Shown here piece by piece: positions 36,500 to 45,686 of a DNA stretch of 64,000 nt (position 1 is its first letter; every line of letters starts with the position of its first letter). Made by a program: the position numbers and the translations under genes. The notes under the pieces are model-generated. The model did not search any database and had not been told where the DNA came from. It worked only from the letters and a program-made list of their open reading frames with translations. This stretch comes from an uncultured Actinomycetes bacterium (GTDB lineage: Bacteria; Actinomycetota; UBA4738; JBBDTT01), in NCBI GenBank assembly GCA_963742735.1, contig CAVUMN010000004.1:832001-896000 (forward strand), in the 5' to 3' direction.

Positions 36500-37204
36500 C
36501 TAGGAGGAGACCGTTCGCTCGAAGCCCTGGGCCACCGCGGTGGTCGCCTCGAGGACCTCGCGGACCCCCCACTTCGACCGCTCGAGGAGCTCCTCGGAGG
36601 TGCAGTACTTGCGGATCATCTCGATGGCCCGGCCGGCATGCTCCTCGTCGGCCTCGAGGTGCATGAAGAAGAACTCCAGGTCGTGCTCCGATAGCCCGTA
36701 CTGGTCCCGGTAGATCTGTCCGAGGAAGGCCATCGTCCACGTCCGGGCCTCGATGCCGTAGGACAGCGCCGCCAGCCCCACCACGAAGTGCTCCTCAATG
36801 CAGAGCTTGAGGATCCGATCGACCCACTGGCGGCTCTCCGGGATCGGCTCCACGTCGAACGGGTCGGGGATGTCGGCGCCGAGGGCTCGCGCGAACCGGG
36901 TGACCAGCTGGATGTGGTCGCGCTCGTCGTCGCCCTCGCCGTGCTCCTCCCAGAGGTTCTCGAGCATGAGTTCGCGCACGTCGCGCGGAGCGGCGTTGGC
37001 ATACACGGCGGCGATGAACCGTTTGAACTGGTCCACCTGGAACGGGTACGAGGTCGCGAAGGGGACGAGCTTCTCCTTCGGGATCAGGCCCTGGGCGAAC
37101 TGCTGCATGAAGGGCCGCTCCTCGAACAGGACGCTGCGCGTGACCTCCTCGAGCTCCTTCACGACGCGGTCGGGATCGACGGCGGTGGCTGTGTTCGGTG
37201 GCAT
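36500..37204 (-). CDS. Heme-oxygenase-like diiron oxidase (CADD/PqqC/TenA superfamily)
   Basis: ENLWEEHG..DH, YGIE, HLEADEEH. Confidence 0.85.
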   Translation of the reverse strand: MPPNTATAVDPDRVVKELEEVTRSVLFEERPFMQQFAQGLIPKEKLVPFATSYPFQVDQFKRFIAAVYANAAPRDVRELMLENLWEEHGEGDDERDHIQLVTRFARALGADIPDPFDVEPIPESRQWVDRILKLCIEEHFVVGLAALSYGIEARTWTMAFLGQIYRDQYGLSEHDLEFFFMHLEADEEHAGRAIEMIRKYCTSEELLERSKWGVREVLEATTAVAQGFERTVSS

Positions 37205-37281
37205 CGTTCGATGATTGCACGCGAATCGGAGGCGCTGCTAGGTTCGCCGCTCTCACCCACTCGCAAAGAAGGAGTCAACGC

Positions 37282-38199
37282 ATGGGCTTGCTGGACGGAC
37301 GCGTCGCGGTGGTGACCGGCTCGGGCCGGGGGATCGGCCGGGGGATCGCCCTGGAGCTGGCGAGCGAGGGCGCGAAGGTCGTCATCAACGACGCGGGCGT
37401 CGACGTGGACGGCCGCGGCGGCTCGGAGGACCCGGCCGCGCAGGTCGTCAAGGAGATCGAGGCCGCGGGCGGCGAGGCCGTCGCGAACTACGGTGACGTG
37501 TCGAAGTGGGACGAGGCCCGGGGCATCGTCCAGGCGGCCGTCGACGCGTTCGGCAAGATCGACATCGTCGTGAACAACGCCGGCATCCTCCGCGACAAGT
37601 CGCTGCTCAAGATGGAGGAGGAGGAGTTCGACGCGGTGATCGGCGTGCACCTGAAGGGCACCTTCAACGTCACCCGCCACGCCGCCGGGCTCATGAAGGA
37701 GCAGGGCTATGGCCGGATCATCAACATCGTCTCCAGCGCGGGGCTGCGGGGGAACTTCGGGCAGACCAACTACTCCGCGGCCAAGGCCGGGATCGCGGGC
37801 ATGACCCTCACGTGGGCGATCGAGCTCGGGAAGTACGGGATCACGGTGAACGCCATGGCGCCCGCGGCGGTCACCCGGATGACGACGGGGCTGCTCACCG
37901 CCGACCCGGAGAAGATCCCGCCCGAGATGGACCCGAAGAACAACGCGCCGATGATCGCGTTCCTGGCCAGCGAGGCCGCCGGACACGTGAACGGGCAGGT
38001 TCTGGGGCGCCGCGGCTACACCTACACGATCTTCCAGCAGTACAAGATCATCGCCGGCATGTACCAGGCCGGCGGGTGGAAGCCGGCCGACGTCGCGAAG
38101 CAGTTCGACACGATCCTCGCCGGCTACATGACCGCGCCCGGCATGGACATCACTATCAAGAAGCCGGAGAAGGCGGACGGCGAGACGAAGGCGGGCTGA
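37282..38199 (+). CDS. SDR oxidoreductase (3-hydroxyacyl-CoA dehydrogenase/HSD4-like)
   Basis: TGSGRGIG, NNAGILRD, GNFGQTNYSAAK. SD AAGGAG. Confidence 0.95.
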   Translation: MGLLDGRVAVVTGSGRGIGRGIALELASEGAKVVINDAGVDVDGRGGSEDPAAQVVKEIEAAGGEAVANYGDVSKWDEARGIVQAAVDAFGKIDIVVNNAGILRDKSLLKMEEEEFDAVIGVHLKGTFNVTRHAAGLMKEQGYGRIINIVSSAGLRGNFGQTNYSAAKAGIAGMTLTWAIELGKYGITVNAMAPAAVTRMTTGLLTADPEKIPPEMDPKNNAPMIAFLASEAAGHVNGQVLGRRGYTYTIFQQYKIIAGMYQAGGWKPADVAKQFDTILAGYMTAPGMDITIKKPEKADGETKAG

Positions 38200-38639
38200 T
38201 GGAGGTCAGCTACTCGGAGGAGGGCCGCGTCCCCGGCCCGCCGGAGGCGGCCTACGACCTCCGCGTCGACTTCACCCGGCTGCCCGAGTACAACCCGAAT
38301 GTCTCGAACCTGGTCCGCACCGACGGCGGTCATACGAGCGGCGCCGGCGCGGTATACGGCTTCGACATGACGATGCCAGACATGGGCGCGGTGTCGGGCG
38401 TGATCTCGGTTTTGGAGGCGGACCGGCCCTCTCGCGTGTACACGCGGACGGACTCCGGGGTGTTCTCCGCACTCGAGGAGGTCCGCTTCGTGCCCGACAG
38501 CGAGGGAACGCGGGTGACGTTCGACGTGGTCGTGGAGGTGCCCGACGACATGGAGGCCGTCGCCCCCATGGTCGACGCGTCGGGGCGCGAGCAGGTTCGC
38601 CTGGAGCTCGACCACATGGCGAAGGTGCTCGGCTCGTGA
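38199..38639 (+). CDS. SRPBCC family protein
   Basis: PPEAAYDLRVDFTRLPEYNP..G.GAVY..GTRVTF. TGATG overlap start. Confidence 0.8.
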   Translation: MEVSYSEEGRVPGPPEAAYDLRVDFTRLPEYNPNVSNLVRTDGGHTSGAGAVYGFDMTMPDMGAVSGVISVLEADRPSRVYTRTDSGVFSALEEVRFVPDSEGTRVTFDVVVEVPDDMEAVAPMVDASGREQVRLELDHMAKVLGS

Positions 38640-39427
38640 CCGGCCGCCTGCAGGGCCGGGTGGCGATCGTGACCGGCGCCGGCCAGGGGCTCGGCCGGGC
38701 CTACGCGCTGCGCTTCGCGGAGGAGGGCGCGAAGGTCGCCGTCGCGGAGATCAACGACGCGAACGGCGAGGCGGTCGCCAAGGAGATCGCCGACGCGGGC
38801 GGTGAGTCGATGTTCGTCCACGTCGACGTCTCGGACGAGGAGTCGACCCTGGCCATGGCCAGGGCCGTAGCCGAGCGTTTCGAGCGCATCGACATCCTGC
38901 TCAACAACGCCGGGCTGTACTTCGACCTCGACCAGAAGGACGACTCGCTCGAGTACCTGAAGCACGTGATCGACGTGAACATGCTCGGGCCGTGGCTGTG
39001 CGTCCGCGCGGTGTTCCCGTTCATGAAGGCCCAGGGCGGCGGGAAGGTCATCAACCAGTCGAGCGGCGCCGCATGGATGTACGCGATGTCGGGCTACGCG
39101 ATGCGCTCCGACGCCGAACGCGTCCCGAGCTACCACTACTCGGTGTCGAAGGCGGGGGTGAACGCGTTCACCCACTTCCTGGCCGCGGCCCTCGGCCAGT
39201 TCGGGATCAACGTGAACGCCATCGCGCCGGGCGTGGTGATGACCGAGGCCACCAAGAAGCACGTCCCCGAGCAGATGGTGGGGATGATCAAGATGGCCTC
39301 GTCGCTGCGCCGCACCCTGGAGCCCGAGGAGATCACCGGCACGGCGGTGTTCCTGGCGAGCGACGACGCGAACGCCATCACCGGCCAGGTCATCCCGGTC
39401 GACGCCGGCGTCACGATGCTGGGATGA
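38636..39427 (+). CDS. SDR oxidoreductase
   Basis: TGAGQGLG, NNAG, YSVSK, VNAIAPG, ITGQVIPVDAG. Confidence 0.95.
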   Translation: MTGRLQGRVAIVTGAGQGLGRAYALRFAEEGAKVAVAEINDANGEAVAKEIADAGGESMFVHVDVSDEESTLAMARAVAERFERIDILLNNAGLYFDLDQKDDSLEYLKHVIDVNMLGPWLCVRAVFPFMKAQGGGKVINQSSGAAWMYAMSGYAMRSDAERVPSYHYSVSKAGVNAFTHFLAAALGQFGINVNAIAPGVVMTEATKKHVPEQMVGMIKMASSLRRTLEPEEITGTAVFLASDDANAITGQVIPVDAGVTMLG

Positions 39428-39855
39428 CCCCCGAGCCGGTCGACGTACCACACGACCTCGAGCCCTCCCTGCAGCGCCTGCTCGGGATCAAGATGTCGTT
39501 CGGCCCGAACGGCGAGGGCATCGCGTGGGTCGAGATCGACAAGGACAAGCACTACGGCCGCACGCGGGTGCACGGGGGCCTGTTCCCCCCGCTGGTCGAC
39601 GTGGCCGGCGCCATCGCGGTCGCCCGCGACTCCGACGACGCGCTGAACGCCGTCGACGCCACGATCGACATGCACGTGAGCTACCTGCGCAAGGCCCGCG
39701 AGGGCGACCTGACCGCGACCGCGCGGATCGTCCGCCGCGGCCGTCGGGTGGCGGTGTGCGAGGTGGACCTCACCAACCAGGGCGAGCTGTGCGGCAAGGC
39801 CATCGTCACGTACCTGCTGCGCCCGAACTCGAAGCCCGACCCCGAGGGCGGATGA
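39424..39855 (+). CDS. PaaI-family (hotdog) thioesterase
   Basis: VHGGLFPPLVD, TIDMHVSYLR, RRGRRVAV. ATGA overlap start. Confidence 0.88.
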   Translation: MTPEPVDVPHDLEPSLQRLLGIKMSFGPNGEGIAWVEIDKDKHYGRTRVHGGLFPPLVDVAGAIAVARDSDDALNAVDATIDMHVSYLRKAREGDLTATARIVRRGRRVAVCEVDLTNQGELCGKAIVTYLLRPNSKPDPEGG

Positions 39856-40496
39856 CCGAGCTCTTCGAGGCGATCCACACGCAGCGGGCCATCCGCCGGT
39901 TCACGGACGAGCCCGTGACCGACGAGGAGATCCATCAGGTCCTGGAGGCCGCGACCAAGGCGCCCAGCGCCTCGAACACCCAGCCCTGGTCGTTCGTCGT
40001 GATCCGCGAGCCCGATCGTCGCCGCCAGCTCGCCGAGCTGTACGCGAAGAGCTGGGAGATCGCGAGGAACTTCTACGGCGACCCCGAGGCGGCCGAACAC
40101 GACTGGGAGCGCCGGATGCTCGTCGCGGTGAACGGGATGGCCGCGTCGCTGGAGTCGGCCCCGGTCCTGATCCTCGCGTGCCTGGATCGCGCCCGGCTGG
40201 GCCCGCTGGTCACCACCGACCTGGCGACGCTGCTCGATCCGCCGTCGGCGTACGGAGCGATCTGGGCGGCGGTCCAAAACCTCCTGCTCGCCGCGCGTGG
40301 CCTCGGACTGGGGACGGTTCCGACGACCCTCCACCGCCTCCACGAGCCCCAGGTCCGCGCGCTCTTCGAGCTCCCCGACACGGTCGAGCCGATGGTCCTG
40401 GTGGTGATGGGTCGGCCGGACGCGCCGTTCGGCCCCACGTCACGGGACCCGGTGGAGCAGGTGACGTTCGCGGAACGCTGGGGAGATCCGCTCTAA
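39852..40496 (+). CDS. Nitroreductase family protein
   Basis: RAIRRF, APSASNTQPWSF, QNLLLAARGLGLG. Confidence 0.92.
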   Translation: MTELFEAIHTQRAIRRFTDEPVTDEEIHQVLEAATKAPSASNTQPWSFVVIREPDRRRQLAELYAKSWEIARNFYGDPEAAEHDWERRMLVAVNGMAASLESAPVLILACLDRARLGPLVTTDLATLLDPPSAYGAIWAAVQNLLLAARGLGLGTVPTTLHRLHEPQVRALFELPDTVEPMVLVVMGRPDAPFGPTSRDPVEQVTFAERWGDPL

Positions 40497-40711
40497 CTGC
40501 GAGAGACGCGGGGCTTCGCCCCAACGGCAAGGGCGATGGCCGTCAGGTCAGATCGCACGGAGTCGAATCGGTCGTCGAACCGCTCCATCCGATCCTCGAG
40601 GCGGTCCATCCGATCCTCGAGCGACTGGAAGCGCCCGTTCATGAAAAAGCCGAGAACGCCGGTCGCGATCGCGACGACGACAGCATTGACGATGTTGTTG
40701 GTCAGCTCCAT
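40493..40711 (-). CDS. Small membrane protein with coiled-coil heptad repeats (72 aa)
   Basis: TM segment IVNAVVVAIATGVLGFF, then LEDRMDR-LEDRMER-FDDRFDS. SD GGGGAG; TACGCT upstream. Confidence 0.7.
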   Translation of the reverse strand: MELTNNIVNAVVVAIATGVLGFFMNGRFQSLEDRMDRLEDRMERFDDRFDSVRSDLTAIALAVGAKPRVSRS

Positions 40712-40786
40712 GAGTGCTCCCCGCTTCCGGGGGAGATCCCGACCGCCCGAGCGTAGCACCGGCCACCGACAACACGAGAGGACCGG

Positions 40787-41098
40787 TCAGAACGATCGGA
40801 AGAGGCGCAGTCGCTTGGCTTCGGCGCTGTCCCACCTCTTCCACCAGCTCACCCGCCGCAGTGCTTTGACCCGCCGAACGGCTTCGACGGCGACCCGCCG
40901 CGCTTCGTCCTCCGGAAGTCCGCCGATCGACGAGATGAAGCTCGCCAGGTCGGCCTCGTCGCGCCACCGCGTACCCCATCGGAAGGGCAGGCCCATCCGC
41001 CAGCCCGGCGGGTAGATCCTGGCCCTGTGGCGTCGATCGTCGATCTCGAGGTAGAGCGGCCCGGTCGAGGTCTCGGCCACGAGCCCGGAACCGATCAT
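40787..41098 (-). CDS. Hypothetical protein (103 aa, Arg/Trp-rich)
   Basis: The ATG overlaps the ALDH stop (ATGA) and the ORF fills the gap. No family recognised. Confidence 0.45.
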   Translation of the reverse strand: MIGSGLVAETSTGPLYLEIDDRRHRARIYPPGWRMGLPFRWGTRWRDEADLASFISSIGGLPEDEARRVAVEAVRRVKALRRVSWWKRWDSAEAKRLRLFRSF

Positions 41099-42549
41099 TC
41101 GACCCAGGTGACGTGCTTGAGCTCGGTGTACTCCTCGAGGCCGGCGCGCCATTCGCGGCCGATGCCGGACTGGCGGTAGCCGCCCCACGACCCGTTGAAG
41201 TTCGGGACGGCGACGCCGAGGCCGACGTAGCCGGTGCGCAGCCGTCGCGCCACCGCCTGAGCCCGGTCGCGGTTCGAGGACACGATCGCGCCGGCCAGCC
41301 CGTACATCGAGTCGTTGGCGATGGCCACGCCCTGGTCCTCGGTGACGTAGGAGATCACGCACAGGACGGGGCCGAAGATCTCCTCCTGGGCGATGCGCAT
41401 GTCGTTGCGCACGCCGGTGAACACCGTGGGCTCGAAGAAGAACCCCCGCTCGAGGTGCTTCGGTCTGCCCCCACCCGCGGCGAGCGTGGCGCCCTCCTCG
41501 AGGCCCGAGGCGACGAAGCCCTCGACGCGCTGGCGATGCTGCTCCCGGATCAGCGGCCCGACCTGCGTGCCCGGGTCCCGAGGATCGCCGACGGTCACGC
41601 TTCGGCACGTCTCGACGACGCGCTCGACGACCGCGTCGTGCATGGACTCGGGGACCAGCAGGCGCGTGGTGCAGCCGCACCCCTGTCCCGCGTGGATGAA
41701 GCAGCCGGCCACGGCGTTCATCGCCACCTCGTCGGGCGAAGCGTCGTCCAGGACGAACAGCGGGGACTTGCCGCCCAGCTCCAACTGGATCTTCTTGATG
41801 GTCTGCGCGGCGGCCGCGCCCACGCTCCGGCCGGCGGGAACGCTGCCGGTGAACGAGACCATGTCCACCAGCGGGCTCGAGACCATCGCCTGGCCGACGT
41901 CGACGCCGCCGCCGCCGATGACGTTGACGACGCCGGGAGGCAGGTCCGCCTCCTCGACGGCCCGGGCGATCTCGAACGCGTCGAGGGGGGTCCACGGCGC
42001 CGGCTTCAGCACGACCGTGTTCCCCATCGCCGTCGACATCGCGACCTTCCAGCAGTTGACGAACAGCGGGAAGTTGAACGGGGTGATCGCGGCCACGACG
42101 CCGATCGCGTCGTGGATCAGCAGCGAGCGCACGTGGAGCGGCTCCGTGGCGGGCTCGGCCTCGCGTTCCCACGCGAACGCCTCGGCCCAGTCGGCGACCT
42201 TCGAGAACGCGTCGATCGGCCACCGGCCCTGGAACGTCTTCGCCAGGATGACCGTGGCGCCCACCTCGTCGGTCACCAGCTCGGCCAGGTCGCGCCGGCG
42301 CGCGTAGAGGGCCTCGCGGACCCGGCGGAGCGCCGCCGCCCGCTCGGCCACCGGCATCCGCGGCCACGGCCCCTCGTCGAACGCCGTTCGCGCCGCGGCG
42401 ATGGCCCGTTCGGCGTCCCGGGGGTTCGGGATCGCGGCGTGGGCGATGACCTCCTCGGTCGCGGGGTTCTGGATCGCGCTGACCTCGTCGCCGTCGGGCT
42501 CCACCCACTGCCCGCCGATGAAGAAGGACTCCACGTCGCGATCGCTCAC
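41095..42549 (-). CDS. Aldehyde dehydrogenase
   Basis: TPFNFP, FTGS, LELGGKSP, GQGCGCTTR, EEIFGPV. GTGA overlap start. Confidence 0.95.
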   Translation of the reverse strand: MSDRDVESFFIGGQWVEPDGDEVSAIQNPATEEVIAHAAIPNPRDAERAIAAARTAFDEGPWPRMPVAERAAALRRVREALYARRRDLAELVTDEVGATVILAKTFQGRWPIDAFSKVADWAEAFAWEREAEPATEPLHVRSLLIHDAIGVVAAITPFNFPLFVNCWKVAMSTAMGNTVVLKPAPWTPLDAFEIARAVEEADLPPGVVNVIGGGGVDVGQAMVSSPLVDMVSFTGSVPAGRSVGAAAAQTIKKIQLELGGKSPLFVLDDASPDEVAMNAVAGCFIHAGQGCGCTTRLLVPESMHDAVVERVVETCRSVTVGDPRDPGTQVGPLIREQHRQRVEGFVASGLEEGATLAAGGGRPKHLERGFFFEPTVFTGVRNDMRIAQEEIFGPVLCVISYVTEDQGVAIANDSMYGLAGAIVSSNRDRAQAVARRLRTGYVGLGVAVPNFNGSWGGYRQSGIGREWRAGLEEYTELKHVTWVE

Positions 42550-43622
42550 AGGCCGGCCATCCTGGCGATCAGCTCGCGGTGCAGGTGGGCGTCGCCTCCC
42601 AGCACCTGCAGGCTCTTGATCCGCCGGGCGTAGAGGTGCATGTCGTGCTCCCAGGTGTAGGCGATGCCGCCGTGGACCTGGATGCCCTCGCCGGCGATCC
42701 ACCCGCACGCGTCGGACGCGTAGGACTTCGCCGCGCTCATCGCCATGGCGGCGTCCTCGGCGCCGGCGTCGGCGGCCCAACAGGCGTAGAAGGTCGCGGC
42801 GCGCGAGGCGTCCAGGAGCGTCGCCATCTCCGCGCAGCGGTGCTTGATGGCCTGGAACGAGCCGATGGGACGGTCGAACTGCACCCGGTCCTTCGAGTAC
42901 TCGACGGTCAGGTCGAGGACCTTGCCCGCCACGCCGACCATCTCCGCGCACTCCGAGGCCACCTGGATCGGGTAGATCGACGCGGGATCGCCGTCGAGCG
43001 GATACGCGGTGGCCCGTTCGAACCGCACCTCGCCGACCGGGCGTGTCAGGTCGAACCCCTCCCGCGGCGTGACCTCGAATCCGTCCTCGACGACGAAGAG
43101 CCGGTCGCGATCCTCGGCGCGCGCGGAGACCACGAACAGGTTGGCGGCGGGCGCGTCCAGGACACCGAGCTTGGTCCCGGTGAGGTGCCAGCCCGTCTCG
43201 TCGCCGTCGGCCTCCAGACGCACCTCGGCGTACGCGAGCTCGTCGAAGTGGGCGAGGGCGGCGATCCGTTCCCCCGAGGCGATGCCCGGCAGCCACTGCG
43301 CTCGCTGCTCGTCCGTCCCCAGGCGATCGATGGCCATCCCGCACAGGGCGACCGAGGACAGATACGGGACGGGCGCGAGGGCCCGGCCGAGCTCGCCGAG
43401 GAGGAGCACGATGTCGAGGTAGCCCATCCCGAGCCCGCCGTGCTCCTCGGGGAAGGGCATCGCCATCCAGCCCAGGTCCGCCATCTGCTTCCAGAGATCG
43501 GCCGACCATGCGGCGGGGTCCTCGAGGTTCACGCGCAGACGGGCGGGCGGGCACTGCTCCTCGAGGAACCGGCGGGCTTCTCGTTGGATCTCGTACTGCG
43601 CCTCGCTGAAGTCGAAGTCCAT
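42546..43622 (-). CDS. Acyl-CoA dehydrogenase, short beta-type subunit
   Basis: RVQFDRPIGSFQAIKHRCA, QVHGGIAYTWEHD; lacks the SEP.AGSD motif. Confidence 0.92.
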   Translation of the reverse strand: MDFDFSEAQYEIQREARRFLEEQCPPARLRVNLEDPAAWSADLWKQMADLGWMAMPFPEEHGGLGMGYLDIVLLLGELGRALAPVPYLSSVALCGMAIDRLGTDEQRAQWLPGIASGERIAALAHFDELAYAEVRLEADGDETGWHLTGTKLGVLDAPAANLFVVSARAEDRDRLFVVEDGFEVTPREGFDLTRPVGEVRFERATAYPLDGDPASIYPIQVASECAEMVGVAGKVLDLTVEYSKDRVQFDRPIGSFQAIKHRCAEMATLLDASRAATFYACWAADAGAEDAAMAMSAAKSYASDACGWIAGEGIQVHGGIAYTWEHDMHLYARRIKSLQVLGGDAHLHRELIARMAGL

Positions 43623-44846
43623 CTAGGCGGGCTCCTTCGGCTTCGGGGCCCACACCTCGCCCCGGGGCATCCCCAGGATCCGCTCCGCGATGATGTTCTT
43701 CTGGATCTCGCTGGACCCCGCGGCGATCGTCTGCGCGAACGACGACATGAACCCGTTGTGCCAGCGGCCCTCGCGCGGCGAGTCGCCTCCGTACAGGAGG
43801 CCCTCGATGCCCTCCATCTCCAGGGCGAGCAGGTTCATCCGCCGGACCATCTCGCTCCAGTACAGCTTGGCCATCGACGCCTCCAGGCCGGGCCGTCCGG
43901 TCTTCAGGATCCCGGTCACCATCCGGAGGCCGATCGCCCGCATGACCTCGACCTCCGCGTAGCTCGCCGCGAGCCGCTCGCGGAACGCGGGGTGCTTCGA
44001 CAGCGGGACCCCGTCGCGCGTGCGCGACCGCGCCTGTTCGAGCAGGTCCAGCAGGTAGTTGCGGAACCGGATCTGGTGGGCCAGGAACGCGGGTCCGCGC
44101 TCGTGGGCCAGGGTGGTGTTCGCGTAGGTCCACCCCATGCCCAGCTCGCCGAGCAGGTTCTCCTTCGGGACGCGGACGTCGGTGAAGAACACCTCGTTGA
44201 ACTCGGCCTCGCCCGTGATCTGGCGGAGGGGGCGCACGTCGATCCCCGGCGACTGCATGTCGACGATCACGTAGCTCAGGCCCTTGTGCTTGGGCACCGC
44301 CGGATCGGTGCGGCACAGGACCAGGCACCAGTTCGCGATGTGGGCGTAGGACGTCCACACCTTCTGGCCGTTCAGGACGAACTCGTCGCCATCCGGGACG
44401 GCTTTCGTCTGCACGTTGGCCAGGTCGCTGCCGGCGTTCGGCTCGCTGAATCCCTGGCACCAGATCTCCTCCATGGTGAGGATCGGGGGCAGGTAGCGGG
44501 CCCGCTGCTCGTCGTTGCCGTAGATGCGGATGGTCGGTCCGGACAGGTTGATCCCCACGAAGTTGACCGAGATCTGCGGGGCCCGGGCGCGGGCCATCTC
44601 CTCGTGGAAGATCACCTGTTGCATCAGGGAGAGGCCGGCGCCGCCGAACTCCTTCGGCCACGAGATCCCCGAGTAGCCGCCCGCGGCCAGCCGCCGCTCC
44701 CAGTCCCGGGCCACCTCCAGGCGCTCCTCGAGCGTCTTCGGCTCGACGTGATTCGGCCCGCCCCAGCCGTCGGGAAGGTTGCCGGCGATCCACGTCCGGA
44801 TCTCGTCGCGGAAGGCCAGCTCGTCGGGATCGAGCGCCAGGTCCAT
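43623..44846 (-). CDS. Acyl-CoA dehydrogenase, alpha-type subunit
   Basis: WCQGFSEPNAGSDLA, GQKVWTS, LAHERG, IAAGSSEIQ. Confidence 0.95.
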   Translation of the reverse strand: MDLALDPDELAFRDEIRTWIAGNLPDGWGGPNHVEPKTLEERLEVARDWERRLAAGGYSGISWPKEFGGAGLSLMQQVIFHEEMARARAPQISVNFVGINLSGPTIRIYGNDEQRARYLPPILTMEEIWCQGFSEPNAGSDLANVQTKAVPDGDEFVLNGQKVWTSYAHIANWCLVLCRTDPAVPKHKGLSYVIVDMQSPGIDVRPLRQITGEAEFNEVFFTDVRVPKENLLGELGMGWTYANTTLAHERGPAFLAHQIRFRNYLLDLLEQARSRTRDGVPLSKHPAFRERLAASYAEVEVMRAIGLRMVTGILKTGRPGLEASMAKLYWSEMVRRMNLLALEMEGIEGLLYGGDSPREGRWHNGFMSSFAQTIAAGSSEIQKNIIAERILGMPRGEVWAPKPKEPA

Positions 44847-44882
44847 CGGCCGCGACGATAGCCCGCGCTACGATCCGGCGCG

Positions 44883-45686
44883 ATGGACTACGAATACATC
44901 CTGTTCGAGCGGCGCGGGAACGTGGCGTGGGTGACGCTGAACCGTCCCGACGTCCGCAACGCGATCAAGCCCGAGATGCGCGAGGAGCTCATCCGCGCGT
45001 TCGGCGAGATCGCCGGCCACGTCGAGCTCCGCGCGCTGGTCCTGACCGGGGCGGGCGACGGGTTCTGCACGGGCGCCGACATCGGCGGCGCGAGCAAGCG
45101 TCAGGGCGAGGGCGGCCGGCGGCTGGCCGGCGCGGCCCGCGACATGATCAAGGGCGGCGCCCAGCGGCTGTTCCGAACACTGTGGGAGCTCGAGGTCCCC
45201 ACGATCGCCGCGGTGAACGGGACGGCCGCCGGGTTCGGCTGCCACCTGGCCTTCGCGTGCGACCTGGTCATCGCCAGCGAGTCGGCCAAGTTCAACGAGG
45301 TGTTCCTGCGCCGGGGCCTGGTCCCCGACGGCGGCGGCGCCTACCTGCTTCCGCGGCTGATCGGCCTGGCCAAGGCGAAGGAGTTCGTGTTCTTCGCGGA
45401 CTCGTGGCCGGCGGCCGACGCCGAGCGCCTGGGCCTGGTGAACAAGGTGGTGCCGGCCGATGAGCTCGAGGCGACGGCCACGGAGTGGGCCGACCGGCTG
45501 GCCGCGGGACCGACCCGCGCGATCGGGCTCGCGAAGCGGCTGCTGAACCGCTCGCTCCAGTCGGACCTGGAGACCGCGCTGGAGGAGGAGGCCCTCGCCC
45601 AGGAGCTGATCATGGGGACGAACGACATCAAGGAGGGCATGGTCGCGTTCAAGGAGAAGCGCGACCCGAAGTTCACGGGCACCTAG
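44883..45686 (+). CDS. Crotonase family protein (PaaG-like)
   Basis: FCTGADI, AAVNG.AAG.G, F..RGLVPDGG. TACGAT lies 8 nt before the ATG. Confidence 0.92.
   Translation: MDYEYILFERRGNVAWVTLNRPDVRNAIKPEMREELIRAFGEIAGHVELRALVLTGAGDGFCTGADIGGASKRQGEGGRRLAGAARDMIKGGAQRLFRTLWELEVPTIAAVNGTAAGFGCHLAFACDLVIASESAKFNEVFLRRGLVPDGGGAYLLPRLIGLAKAKEFVFFADSWPAADAERLGLVNKVVPADELEATATEWADRLAAGPTRAIGLAKRLLNRSLQSDLETALEEEALAQELIMGTNDIKEGMVAFKEKRDPKFTGT

Noticed and set aside
36500-37204. PqqC (PQQ synthesis), TenA thiaminase, or CADD pABA synthase
   Set aside because: No pqq, thi or folate genes are nearby; only the diiron ligand pattern is supported.
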